A DNA stretch of 63,878 nt, counting the filler, from Octopus bimaculoides (taxonomy: Eukaryota), in assembly GCF_001194135.2 (NCBI RefSeq). It is 6 parts of 5 records of this genome, joined end to end, with 100 filler letters (N's around TTAATTAATTAA, not from the genome) between each part and the next. Parts side by side here need not be neighbours in the genome. Positions count along the whole stretch, not along the records: positions 44,130 to 60,691 come from NC_068993.1; positions 60,792 to 62,772 come from NC_069002.1; positions 62,873 to 63,878 come from NC_068983.1; 3 more parts are not named here. One strand, given 5' to 3'. Shown piece after piece: positions 50,401 to 63,878 of this stretch. The notes below the pieces were generated by a model. It made no database searches and was not told the DNA's origin. It saw only the letters and a program-made list of their open reading frames with translations. The first letter of the stretch is position 1. Every line of letters begins with the position of its first letter. The translations under genes were made by a program, and so were the position numbers.

Positions 50401-50804
50401 TGCTGCTAAAGTCTTATAACCGCTACAGTAGAAAGGGTTATTAATTTACATCTCTTTACATTCTTAGTTTAAATCCTACCAGCGTCTGCCTTTCATCGTT
50501 CCGAAGTCAGGTCGATGAATTAAAGTATTCGTCAAGCAACGAGTTACATGAAATAATGATGTCTCTACCCCATATTTGAAACCTTGTCCATATGCCAAAA
50601 ACCAAGATTAATATATTGATGTCAGTGACTGGTAAAACTCAGTGAATTAATCGGACAACAGCTCGCAGCATTTCAGTTGTTTCAATGTTTTGAATTATGA
50701 GATTCAGGAAATATAATTTCCACATATGTGTTGTCGATTAAATCCACTACACTCTTCTAAGTATACATATATCCTTGAATTGCATTGTTACAATATCGAA
50801 ATAT

Positions 50805-50960
50805 TATGCCGAGCAAAATGCTTAGCTGCATTTCGTCTGTGTTTATGTTCTGAATTCAAATTCCGCCGAGGTCGGCTTTGTCTTTCATCCTTTCGGCGTC
50901 GATAAAATAAGTACCAGTTGATGTAATTGACTAGTCCTTTCTCCTGAAATTGCTGGCCTT
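50805..50960 (+). mobile_element. Family A SINE
   Basis: GAATTCAAATTCCGCCGAGGTCGGCTTTGTCTTTCATCCTTTCGGCGTCGATAAAATAAGTACCAG. Confidence 0.8.
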
Positions 50961-52399
50961 CTATCGAGATTTTAGAAAAAATGTAAATGTTTATGAAGTA
51001 TCACACATAATTTACTGACATATCTACATATATAGTATCTTGAGATATACAAACTAGCGGTGTCACTTTTCAAATTACATCCATTGTAATATATATGTAA
51101 TTGGGCCTTCAATTATAGGAGAAAAAAATCAATTGCTTGAAGGTACGTTTTCAAGCTACGTCTTTAGAAAGATTCATGAAATCGTGGTTCCAATCTTAGA
51201 AAAAGAACCCAAAATATTCTAATGCATGCCTTTGTTTTATCTGAAGTGAGATTTTAAATCGAGGGTCTCAATTTTAGGATGAAAAAAAAAACGAATTGTT
51301 TTAAGGCATATGATATCATTTTAGTATAAATAAATTAAATTCAGAGTTTCTTTTTTAATAAAAAGAAAAGTAAAATGATAGAACAGACAGATCAAAACAA
51401 AGAAAAAAAATCATTCATTTAATTTCAGTTTATAGTTTGTTATATAAGAATCTATTTTTATACGAAATTGTATTAAAACATCAAATTGAATTGCTGCTGC
51501 AGACGTTTGATGTGAAGTGAACACCCACTTTATAAACTGTTGAATAAACGTCTTAATTTATTGATCTCACGTTAGGTCATGCAATGTCTATGGTATTATA
51601 AACATCTTCGCATACTGACTTATTAATCTTCAGTCAGAAATGTCTCCTAGCAATGAAAATAATTTCCTCATAAAAAGTATTAAACTAAAAACACAGTTAA
51701 TGAGATATAGATGACTCCTGGTGACCTGTAATGAAATATCTACAGTATGTTCTGGAAAAGAATACATTGAAATGCTCTCCCTCGCTGATGTCTTCCGGCT
51801 TGGACTTAATGCATGCAAGCAACTGAAGCACAAATTAATTACTCATTACTAACGCTACTTAGAGCGATAATTAGTACTTCACAATACTAGTGAACCTCAG
51901 AGCGGTTGCCCTGATGGCTAGAAGCCGCAGCCAAATTTTCTTCACATCACAGTCTATGAGATGAAAAAGAATTTCGCAATACGGAATGATCCAGGGCTGA
52001 CCTTGGGCTAAAAAAGAAAGAGGAGAAGGAAATATACTAGACGGAGTGTATCTATTAAGATGTGAGTATTTTGGAGTGTAGAGCTATTGGAGTGTCGACG
52101 ATGAGAGGCACTCATGTTCAGGAGTTCAAAAATCCTGCTATTCATCATGAAAAAAACAACCAGATAATCCTCTCGTCTGACTACGTATTGGTTGCTATAA
52201 CTAAATGGCGGACATTCATAATAGCTACCATTACATCATGGGGAAGGAAACGGGCACGGAATTGGCAGTGAGAGGGGCAAAAGTTTTTAATATTTTGGAA
52301 AAAAAAATTCGGAATTGTAATTTCCGTCGTATGAAACACAGGAATTCACTCCTAATTCCTAGTCCTATTGCTTCTTAATGAGCTAATTGAAATTATTCC

Positions 52400-52590
52400 C
52401 AAAGGCCGCCAGCAAAATTACGCTAAAATAGCCGATTAAATCCACCCAGTATATAACTGGTATTTATGCTAGCGATCTCGAAAGAATGAAATGTAATTGC
52501 ACCTTGGGCGTTATTTCAATTCAAAGCGTGAAAGGACGTAAGTAAATACTGAAAAATATTTGATTCAGCATTTTAACTATACTGCCCTAA
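52400..52590 (-). mobile_element. Degenerate family A SINE
   Basis: AACTGGTATTTAT..GCGATCTCGAAAGAATGAAA...AATTCAAAGCG reverse-complement similarity. Confidence 0.55.
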
Positions 52591-53944
52591 ATCACTCTCT
52601 GAATATCCTAATACATAGCGATGCGTATTGTTATATTTCAGACATTTCTCAACTGAGAACGAGTTTGTCCTAACCTAAAGGCATACATACATACATACAT
52701 ACATACATACATACATACATAATACATATATATATATATATATANNNNNNNNNNNNNNNNNNNNNNNNNNNNNNNNNNNNNNNNNNNNNNNNNNNNNNNN
52801 NNNNNNNNNNNNNNNNNNNNNNNNNNNNNNNNNNNNNNNNNNNNNNNNNNNNNNNNNNNNNNNNNNNNNNNNNNNNNNNNNNNNNNNNNNNNNNNNNNNN
52901 NNNNNNNNNNNNNNNNNNNNNNNNNNNNNNNNNNNNNNNNNNNNNNNNNNNNNNNNNNNNNNNNNNNNNNNNNNNNNNNNNNNNNNNNNNNNNNNNNNNN
53001 NNNNNNNNNNNNNNNNNNNNNNNNNNNNNNNNNNNNNNNNNNNNNNNNNNNNNNNNNNNNNNNNNNNNNNNNNNNNNNNNNNNNNNNNNNNNNNNNNNNN
53101 NNNNNNNNNNNNNNNNNNNNNNNNNNNNNNNNNNNNNNNNNNNNNNNNNNNNNNNNNNNNNNNNNNNNNNNNNNNNNNNNNNNNNNNNNNNNNNNNNNNN
53201 NNNNNNNNNATATATATATATACATATATGCACACACATACACACACACACACACACACATATATGTATATACTGTTTGTATCAATACATATATGTATGT
53301 ATGTATACGTATGTATATTTACTTGACTGTTCGCAGGACGGTTATTGCATATGCAGATCAGTATATTTTGACTTATGTACATATAAAAATGCTTGCATGC
53401 CTACACTTATGTACATGGGTATAATACCTGTTTAAACTTCCGCAATGTTTTACACATTTTCTCAATTTTACTAATGGTTTGTAGCAGTAATTTCTCAATC
53501 AACCATATCATTCCTAGTTTTGTGAAATATAGACTATCCATAATCTGAAGATTGTTCACAAGGTGGCTCGTTAATACCTGTGCCCCATTAACTACATGTA
53601 TAAATCTAAAGCTATGTTTCGGGTGGAGTGTCAGCAGATTTTTCATTAGTTCGGTAGGAACATTTTCAATTTAGATATATAAACGAGATAGCAGATACCG
53701 TAAGGACGTTAGATAAACCACGATTTCTTTAAGCGTCTCTAAAGTGTCTCTTATCTTCTAAAAATGGATGATTTCATTAAAATTCCCTTGCATGCTCATA
53801 CTATCCACAACATATTTGAAACCCAAATCAATGGAGAGTAGCCTCTATTTGGTCGTTTGATCTATTAGATGCAACCTCTAAATCACTTTTAGTCTCCATC
53901 TTATTGTCTTAACGTATCGATTTCAAATTTCGTCACAGGACCAA

Positions 53945-54100
53945 AGAGACAGTCAATTACAGTGCTCAACTGGCATTTATTTTATCGACCCTGGAAAGGG
54001 AAGAAAGGCGAAGTCGACTCCGGCGGAGTTTGAAATCAAAACGTAAAGACGGACGAAACGTCGCTCAGGGTTTCGGCCGGCATTTCTACCAGCTCGCCGT
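53945..54100 (-). mobile_element. Family A SINE
   Basis: CTCAACTGG..TTTATTTTATCGACCC...AGTCGACTCCGGCGGAGTTTGAA...CCAGCTCGCC. Confidence 0.8.
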
Positions 54101-54616
54101 CTTTTATTGTCTTAACGTATCATAAAATACATTGCGGTTCTACGTGCATGAGTCCAACGTCATCTCCACCAACAAACCTCCTTGCCGTGAGTGTGGAAGT
54201 ATATCATAAATATTCGATTGCTATGAAGATCTCGCAAAAAAAATTAAAAATTAAAAAATAACAGTCCAAATAAACATCGAGAGACATTCCGTCTGTCACA
54301 GTGTGGTATCCATAGATGACCGTGGAACAGTCGCCATCATTTTCTTTATAAGATAGATTCAGGAGAACATCAGGACCTCTTAATTGCACCTTTAGATCTG
54401 TCAAGTGTTTCTGATAAACACAGAACAACTGTGTGACGTTCTAGGAATTTCCGTTTCACACTCATCTTGGAAACCTCCACCACAAGAAACAAATAGGGAC
54501 AATCGACCTAGATAGTGTTGACCGGAAGAAATCCGAGTCCTTTACTGTATAGTTAAGCGACAGGAAAAAACTTCATGCTGGCTCTTACAATTATTATTTA
54601 TATGCTTAAAGGAAGT

Positions 54617-54663
<47 letters not shown>

Positions 54664-54669
54664 AACGGT

Positions 54670-54930
54670 ACCGACCAGACTATCGGATGTTGATATACGA
54701 CGCTGGTCACAATGCAGTTTCTCGTACTATTGTAGTTTTCGAATGATGCCACCCTGCTCGTTAAGCGGGCAGGCCAACTTTCCCCCTGTTATCCATTAAC
54801 AGCTGAGCGGGCTGAAGCATCGTGAAATGAAGTGTTTTGTGCAAGACCACGACGCACTGCCGATCTGGGAATTGAAACCATGATCTTGCGATCATAACTG
54901 CAACACGAACCAGTAGGCCACGCGCCTTCA
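54670..54930 (-). mobile_element. Family D SINE, following (GATA)n
   Basis: GTGAAATGAAGTGTTTTGTGCAAGACCACGACGC...GGGAATTGAAACC reverse complement of head and core. Confidence 0.7.
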
Positions 54931-57900
54931 CAATATATAAGCCATCATGAAACCTTGATCAATTTCCATCTTAGATATATTTTTCAGTTAACCTCCAGGG
55001 GAATAGTCGGGTGTTTTGAGTATCGCGCTCATAATCATAAGGTTGTGGGTTCGATTTTACGACCAGACTGCGTTACGTCCGTAAGAAAAATAGATTATGC
55101 TGTGAAAGTTTTCTCAACTAAAAATGAGCACCAGCCTGGTGCATGTATGCTATTGTCCCCTCCAGCTGCCACATCATTCAGCTGGGCCAAAGATGGGAGT
55201 TCAGATGAGAGTCCATATTTGTTCGTTACTATGTATGCATCTAAGATATTAGCTAATGTATGGTATACGTTAACAGATTATAGTCGTTTGCGAGTGACGG
55301 CTAAGCTTAAATGTTGTCAGGTTAAAGGGGTCTGCCCATGGCACCCTTCAGGCTCCGCCGAGACTCGCGATATCGACGTCATTTTCTCTTAGACGATTGA
55401 AATCTGATGGCTGCAGGAGAAATATGTTGTGAGACATCGAGACAGTTACTAATTACTCTGCGTAATCAAGTTATATTAGTAATAGTAAAGAGATTTTATT
55501 AAGTTTTTGTCTTCATAAAATTATAATACATACACAGATACTCACACACACATATGCGTACAGACACAAACACGTACCACATTATCAAATGCATATTACA
55601 CTTCGAAATATGTAATTATTTTTAAGAAACATTTTCTTAAGCAAGTAGCATATTTGTATTCGAAATTTCAAAACCAACATAAGCGAAGTTGAAGATTTTC
55701 GCTAATAAAGGAAATACTAAATTACTAAATAAATAAGTCTCCATTTTAACACAAAAGTAAGACCAACAATGATATCAATCAGTGCAGGAAATGTAAAAGC
55801 CGGGAAATTATTGACCATTTTGTGCAACACAAATAAAAAAAATAAAGAAAACAGACATTTTGAAAATATTAATGCGGTGTTAATTAGATTATTGTATTAA
55901 TAATGCTTGGCATGGTTACTGAATGTTGTATCAAAATATTTGATCGATTTTAGATAATGAAATTCTTCCATTACAGAAAATAAAAAATAATTAAAGAAAA
56001 TTATCAGTAAATAACTTTGTAGATGCTGACGTATTTATTTATCTAAATTGAAATATCAATCCCAAATGGTTTGTTTGTCTTTAGCACCGAAGCAATCACC
56101 GAAATTTAATTACACTTTCTAGGACAGAGAGCGAACAGAAATTTACTAACTTTTACTGTTCTCACAATGGGACCCATCTGCATTGGCAAAAAGCCACACA
56201 TATCAACAGCATTAGCCGTTCCATTTTATCTTTAGCAATTTATTAAACTTACAAGACACCAGTTCAATATTATTTTTGAAATGATTCTGTTGTATGAGCA
56301 GCAGCAGAGGCTTTATTTTGAAAAGAGAGGAATGCAAGAAAATAGAATTAAGGCTATTGTGTTGCATCGAATAAATACCCTACTTTTGACGGTAAAATTT
56401 TCTGATAAATGCTAACATTTTCAATTTGTAAAATGTTATTTCTTTTGGCTCTTTACCAAGAAAAAAATAGCTCAGTTTGCAGTCTATATTTCAGTACTAC
56501 TTCTCTTGTTTAGTGTTTTAAAAACATAATACCTCTGTGGTAGATAGTTCAACAATAGCAAAATATACACATATTATAATAATATATGGATTATAGTCAA
56601 TTGATTTTCTTTAGTAATTTAAGCTCAAAATTTTCTCTTTCAGGAATATGAAATATAAATCTTCCTTAATTCATTATCAAATTTAATCGAGACCCACCTC
56701 CAAGTCAATTTTCCAGGCGTGACTGCACAGATCATGTTTTCTCTTACCAGGCTTAAAATAATATTAAAGTGAATTTCTCCGACTAAACCCTCCAACATTC
56801 CCCAGCATGACTGTAGTCCAATGACTGAAACCAGCAAAAGATACAAGATAGATAATTATTTCAAGGATTATGTGTACTAGTGTGACAAATACTACAGTGC
56901 CTAATAAAATAGCATTTAGTTACTTATCTCTACGTTAATTCCAGTTGTAGGCGTGTTTACTTTTCTGCTCCTGGGGTGTATAGAATATGTACCACTCTGC
57001 TACACTATGTGCGAGATTCTGCTAATGTAAGACATCGTTAATAAAATGATTATTTTTGGTGAGTGTTGTATAATGCGTCTGTAACTCACCAAAAATAAAA
57101 TATAATAAAACTGCCAAGAAGACGCTACAGTCGCATTTTCAATTTTCCGTTAAGGCTAATTCGCTTTTATGCCGCTAATGTCTTTGTAGAAAGCATGAAT
57201 GTCACAATATTCTATTTTCTTTTCTTATAAATGAATAATTGTTTCTGACAAAAAAAAAGAAACCAGCATTGAAAGAATGTTTCACAACTTCAAAATGTCT
57301 GCGAATAAAATGAAGTTTTTTCATCAACCAAAAAGAGTATTTTTCTTTTGGAATTTTTTCCTTCTGTATATTTGGATGGGGAGTGGTATTTGTTGGTGAT
57401 GGGGGGTGTTTTTTGCTTTGTTTTCCGTCCTATTTAGTAGGTGAAAGAAACATATTTGAGTTGGTATCGGTTTCGAGCTCGAAGCAAAGAATCACCAATT
57501 TTATAACAAAATAAATGGTAAATGGGATTTGGCATTAACGAGGAAACTGAAGTGAACTGGCTTCATTGAAAACGAGAACCGAAACTAACTAGTGGACATT
57601 GCTTGCCGGAAGCTCATTTCTTGCCCTGCTGCGTTCACAGTACTTTCATTAAGTATTTAGTTATGAAATGCTAATGGAGGATGAGAACTTTTAGCAAATC
57701 GATGTCACTAAATCTGTATTTTATAAAAGTAGATTCAGAATTAACACTTTCACTATCAATTAGGTTATCGGCTACCTAATGGGTTACTTAAATCAAATTT
57801 AATAACATTCAATCGTATGATATAAATAGCCAATACTCTATCTACCTTCAATAATTTACTGAGACTGTAAGGACCATTGAGTACTTATCAAGATTCTAAC

Positions 57901-58366
57901 AAATCGAATATGAACAGGTTTCGATTCTCAATTGATGCTCTTACGGGTCACTTTCACTAACATCAATAGGGACCATATTTAATCACCTCAACATCTCAAT
58001 TCCTTATCACTTTAAATATTAAATTTTTGTATTCAGACAAAATAAAACTGGTAATTGGTTTCGAAAGTGTGATGAGTGATGAAATTGGATCTGCTAACTG
58101 AAACTATTGCGAAGCAGATCATGTGAATTACCTTTAAAACGACGGGTTTTTTAATTCATTTATTCTTTTCATGGCATCAGTCACTTGACATGGTGGGGCA
58201 TTAGATATTATGGTTGATCTAAAAAAATCCTCATTTGGTCTTTTCCTTATTTTATCAATATCGAATTCTCGTAGCGCTTTTCGGAACAACGACGTTTCTA
58301 CAACCTACATCTTGGGGTTTGTCTAATGCATAAACACAGATGCAAGCAGATAAACTGTGCGCGCGT

Positions 58367-58400
<34 letters not shown>

Positions 58401-58929
58401 CCATGGCAGGCTTCTACTCAATTTCAGTCCACTAACTTCCATTGATAATGTATTAGCTAATTCGAGGCTACAACAGAAGATATTTGTTGTGGAAGCTATG
58501 TGGTTGTGATGATAACCATTTTAACCACAGATGCTTACATTTATGTACATCACAAATGAATCACGCCCCCCCCCCTTAAATATTTAAAGCCGTTACGTTT
58601 CAAAGTGTTATACATAATCCTCTTATGTAGCAAACCAAGCTTGTGTTGTGATTTTGCCTTTCAGTGAAAGATATTTTCTTTGTTGGCAAAAAGGGATGGG
58701 GCATATTATCTCAAGTCAAGAAGACTGCTTCTAAGCGGACACTCGAACGGCTAGAAATTATAACATTTCAATCAAATCATTCCACCATCTTTGAAAAAAG
58801 GCATATCAGAAATTGTGTTTCTGAGTTCACCTGTAACTGGAGGCGAGAGAGACGAGATGCTCGCAACTGGAATGCCTTTCGTCAAAGCTCTACTCTAGGC
58901 GAGCTGACTTGGGGCTACGACTAGATATT

Positions 58930-59150
58930 CTACAAACTAACAAGAGAGCCGCTATATGGTCGTCGCTCGATCTGCTCAAAGTAGGAGCAAGGTCCCCCGT
59001 GAATTACCCCTTACATTCTTAAAAACAAATAGAACACATTAAATAAAGCAATAAAGCCTATCAAGATGTCAGCGAAAACGAGAGAGACGGTCATGGCTGG
59101 CATGCCTTTGATCGCAGGTTTGCACAGTCCTGACTGAGCAAATTTTAAAC
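58930..59150 (+). mobile_element. Family C SINE-like repeat
   Basis: GTCGCTCGATCTGCT...GGTCATGGCTGGCATGCCTTTGATC; similar to 8205-8440 in reverse. Confidence 0.55.
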
Positions 59151-60954
59151 AACACATTCTTTCTTTAATCATCTGCTTCTGCCAGGTTAAAAGCGCAAAA
59201 TCCAATAATTCGATGAGAACAAATTTGGAGGAAATTATTCAATAACATCTGGTAATGTAGCGACAAGCATCGAGAAACAGTGTAGAATAAAAGCTAGCCA
59301 CCGGGCAAACCGTGTCCACAACAGAACTTTGATTTATGATTGAAATATATTCATTTCATCCAGATTATTTAGTCCTCTCGGTAAAATATTAACTTCAAAG
59401 CCTCGTATTTTTCCCGAGGGTTTTGCGTACACAGTTAAAAAGAAACCAATGAAAGTAAAATAGAAGTAGTTCAAAAATAAACTCGAAATAGTCGACTGAA
59501 ATGTTAAATCTTCGTAAAATAAGTTCTCCAGTCATATAAGATTTCGTCAAGAATAAAATAGATATCTTGATATAAAAAATAAGTTACTAATAAAAAGATT
59601 GAAAACGAAAGAAAATAGCAGAACAGTTTTAGTAGTGAGAAGGAGAGAGTGGAAGAGGAGAAAAACGAAGACGATGGAAGTAGGTATGTATGATGTGATT
59701 GACTTGATACGGAAATTGGTGACTCAGAATTTATCATCGTTATCATCATCACTAACATCATAATTATCATCATCGTCGTCATCATCATTACTATCACATG
59801 CTGTAAGCTTCTGTTTTGTTTGTTCCGTGTACGATTATACAGTTTAAACTCAAACAACAATTTTACAAAAGCATCCGTTGTTGATTTAACTTGACATGTG
59901 TTATCGATGGCAACATCCTGATTTTAAATTTATATTTTGTAAACACTCTATCAAAGATAAGTGGATATTTCAACTAAAAATAATTGTTTGGAGATCAAAT
60001 AATTGCAAAATATTTCTTTCCCATGTTGCAGCTATGATCTTGTTTTTGCTTTTGTTGACTGGTTGGCTGGTTGGTTGGTTGGTTGGTTGGTTGGTTGGCT
60101 GGTTGGCTGGTTGGTGTTTTATTTTCATAAAAGATTCGTATTCCCCAGCTCCGATTTTAGGTAACGCTTTATAAACTTCGTCTTTGTGTTTATTCTTCTT
60201 TCTAGAAGATGCCTCCTGTGTAAGGGAATCAAGTAAATCATGTTACATTTCAGACATCAGTTTAGCGCCTTTGAACTGTCGAAGATATTTCTAATGTAAA
60301 AAATAAACTATATATCTATATACTTTTCTGTACAACCATCTTCCTACTTGTCTTTCTGTGGATACTCTGTCTTTCTGTCTTTCTACATACTCAACTAGAT
60401 TCCATCCTAGCCATTTATTTACATGAGTGTGCGTATGTTCTCCTCTGTTTTTCATTATATGATGTCCTCCTGTAAGGTAAGTGTTGGTTTCTAATAAACA
60501 TAAAACACTCCCATCGCTAGAATGTAGTTAAGAAAAACAGATTCATAAGTCTTGCATATTTTCACTGTTATAGTAGAAGACACCAAAGATGTCACTCAGG
60601 GAGATTAAACCCGAAAACACATGAATGCAAAGCAATCTTATTCACCACACAACCAAGCCTACACTCATACACACACACACACACACACACANNNNNNNNN
60701 NNNNNNNNNNNNNNNNNNNNNNNNNNNNNNNNNNNTTAATTAATTAANNNNNNNNNNNNNNNNNNNNNNNNNNNNNNNNNNNNNNNNNNNNTATATATAT
60801 ATATATATATATGTTTATATGTACACAAATCATGAAGTCTCCCGTCGTTAAACGATGTATGCTGGCTCGGCAGTTTCTTCCTGAACAACGACACAAATGA
60901 TTTGTTTATAGTGATCAAATGTTTGTGTACATATATGCTCACTCCCCCCACCAT

Positions 60955-61062
60955 CAAATCGACATAACTTGTACAGGTGCACTGTGTTCCATATGCCAGA
61001 TGAAGAAATGATCGCAGAGCAACGTAAAATGAAGTACTTTACTCAAGAACACAACGCCCAGT
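60955..61062 (-). mobile_element. Family D SINE fragment
   Basis: AAATGAAGTACTTTACTCAAGAACACAACGCCC..CAGGGAATCGAACCCAC. Confidence 0.65.
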
Positions 61063-62728
61063 CAGGGAATCGAACCCACATCTGATATGGCTTTTTAAAC
61101 CAGACAGTGTATTGAAAAGGTACCCACATAGATTGCATGTCTGATTTGGACCACCAAGAGCTGCAGCTAACTTCTAATCTTTGTGGATCTTTCAGGCCTC
61201 CTTTATGGCATGCATGACATTAACAGGTATATCTACATATCTATACATGTGTGCGTATGTGTGTGTGGATCACAATATTTACACAATTGTGTCAACCAGA
61301 TTCACTGCGAAGGCATTAATCGCCCTGGAGTTATCAATAGAATACACTCACCCAAAACGCCGCCCACTTTTACTGAACCGAAACCACGCGTTTTTAAAGC
61401 TTGCTTTTTTACCACAGTCATACCAGCGACTGTATTTCGTAATTTTCTTTCTTTTACTGAATATACTATATTACCACGTCGTTCGACTATTTGGCCTTCT
61501 TTTACTGGGGGTTACAGACTCGAGGTGATATAATGCTGCTTTTTTTGCAAGTGAAAACGCAGATGGTTTTTCTCTCCTTCACATATCATTTCGTAGAAGC
61601 TACAGGTAAACTGTGATAAAATAAACATTCCGTCCATGACAGTTCCTGTCTATTTTCAGACAGTGTATTTAGGGAAAAGTTATTCATGGTAGGTATTCGT
61701 TTCTAATCTGGTTGCTACTTCTAACATGGTGGGCAGGTGATGTGTAGATGTTTAGCCATTGATTGGCATCAACCTATATGATATTATAAATCATGTGTGT
61801 GAAGTACTAACGTAGTCACGGTAAGTGTTATCTCGTGACAATGCTTCCCACCACATGCACACATCCGTGCGAAAGTATTAATCCTCTGAGATGTTTTCTG
61901 ATTTTGTTTAGTCACTTTGTTCTGTTTCAGAAATAGAGCAAACAGGATATTTTACTACTTTCTTTAGGAAAATATGTCATCAAAATATACATGTATCTTA
62001 ATCGAAAAGAAAGGAAAAAAATCCTAAACTTACTAAATGGAATTTCTCCAAGACATCCAGGGTCGTCCAGATGTGGAGGAATACAGCATTCATTTTAAGG
62101 TATAATTGTTCACTCAAGTAATACTTGCGTTTTTTTGTCAATTCTTCTGAAGTTGTTATCATATATCGTAAGTTTCTCCTTTGAGGAAATAATGTAAATC
62201 GATCATTTTATCATATCCCATGTCTTAACGTTCCAAAAGAAACATGTATTCTATAAGAATTTTTTTTTAACAAACCTTCTGTCATACCAATATAGTGCTT
62301 CCGAACGTCTGTTCACATTAAGCAAATCCAACTTTTCGAATGAAGAGAGCGACCGAAAAGATATTAGGACTCATTAGTTTAGACGAGGCTAGGTTTGAAG
62401 ATACATAGAAGATTGTAACCTTGATTCAGCTCTCTGCTGCATCAAATTTTCGTTGTTAGAGAAAAGCTTCAAGATACATTCCTTTTATATATTTAAACAA
62501 CAGGAGGATTATACCCTGATGTCTGGCTAATGTAAATTACTTAAGTCCTTTAATCTTTTCTATGTTATGATACTTAAATCGTGTGTGACATAATCGAAAT
62601 TAAATATTGCTCATATAATTTCCATAGCAACCTGGAGGCGAGAAGTTCTGATTATCCTTCCTTATCTTCCTTATCATAGTTAAAGATATACATATGCATA
62701 CGTACAAATACGAGCACGCACATACACA

Positions 62729-62772
<44 letters not shown>

Positions 62773-63565
62773 NNNNNNNNNNNNNNNNNNNNNNNNNNNN
62801 NNNNNNNNNNNNNNNNTTAATTAATTAANNNNNNNNNNNNNNNNNNNNNNNNNNNNNNNNNNNNNNNNNNNNAAGAAGAAGAAGAAGAAGAAGAAGAAGA
62901 AGAAGAAGAAGAAGAAGAAGAAGAAGAAGAAGAAGAAGAAGAAGAAGAAGAAAAGAACATCACCGAGCTGAATAACAACATGGATGTGCTGCACCGGGCT
63001 CCCTATACAAAAACGGATCTAATCCAGTAACATCGATGGAATTAGGCAGTAGAACCGGTGAAAGATTTGAAGGAAGCGGTCTTTTAACGAAGATAGTTTT
63101 CTTAAAAAAATGAAATTTCACTGCCATACAAGGCACAGGTCCTCCTATGCACGATGTCTCAATGAAACATGTGCGATCACACACGCAAGACTAACACCGG
63201 AAAGTTTACAAACTATATAAAAAAGAAATGGAACAAAGTAGTAAGTACATATATTGAATAATTACGCATGCACTCGAGCGTGTACACAATGATACATACG
63301 TTTTGATACCCATAGAGCTACACATGCATTTTAATGTTTACACAACTACGTGAAAATCACACGACACACTCACGCATACGAAAACACATATCACAAACGA
63401 AGCAAGACCAAAACATTTTTCTTCTTTATTTATTTTCATTTTGTGAACAAACACAGACAGTGAACCATTCATAAGTTTAAAACGCCACACACACACACAC
63501 GAAAGAAAAAATACACTATGCCCGGAGATAAAAATCTATCAACAAGGGAAATACATATGAATACC

Positions 63566-63878
63566 GATCTGCTGGCCTTGAAAAACTACGCTACGAGCAA
63601 TGTTTACGTGCTGAGAACTCGGTGACAGTGTTGTCTCAAGAAACTGACGCTAAACAGACAAATCCGTCCCCTAATGTCAACGCCTAAGCTCGTCATGCCT
63701 CAATGATAACAAAGCAGATCACAAACCAGATTGGTCGTCGACCGAATCACGAAGGGCCACTTACTCGAAATAGATCTGCTAGCCTTAAGAAGCTACGTCA
63801 CGAGAGCTCGGAGACGGTGTTGTCTCAAAAAATTTACCCTAAACAGACAGATCCGTCCCCTAGCGTCAACCTCGAAGC
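63566..63878 (+). repeat. Diverged tandem repeat, unit about 189-207 bp, continuing off the window
   Basis: GATCTGCT.GCCTT at 63566 and 63773; GTGTTGTCTCAA..AA....C.CTAAACAGACA.ATCCGTCCCCTA..GTCAAC repeated with period 189. Confidence 0.8.

Noticed and set aside
51630-51833. LLACIKSKPEDISEGE after a minus-strand acceptor
   Set aside because: Vague esterase-like look only; weak donor and an early stop.
54204-54500. Possible CR1/L2 RT remnant or 74-aa ORF
   Set aside because: Similarity too degenerate to call.

Overview
Eukaryotic draft-assembly window that is AT-rich, dense in microsatellites and broken by many N gaps. The SINE families and repeat landscape point to an octopod cephalopod (Octopus-like); this is inference. 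The only host coding sequence I can support is the first coding exon of the COE/Collier/EBF transcription factor on the minus strand (2348-2484), which the ORF track missed. The rest of that gene lies off the left edge. In the ~61 kb upstream I found no other recognisable host exon. That region holds SINEs, Tc1/mariner relics (a DD36E element and maT/DD37D-like pieces), MITE-like palindromes, fragments of Gypsy, RTE and RLE-type retroelements, and several short Penelope-type elements with minimal hammerhead ribozyme motifs. The best leads are (i) the hammerhead elements, especially one joining a tRNA B-box to an inverted pair of hammerhead terminal repeats at 47.5-47.8 kb, and (ii) the COE 5' architecture: a uORF whose stop overlaps the start codon (TGATG), an internal splice acceptor that would shift initiation to Met19, and candidate distal promoters/exons. 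None of these is experimentally confirmed. Almost all other ORF-track entries are microsatellite or gap artefacts. SINE boundaries are approximate.
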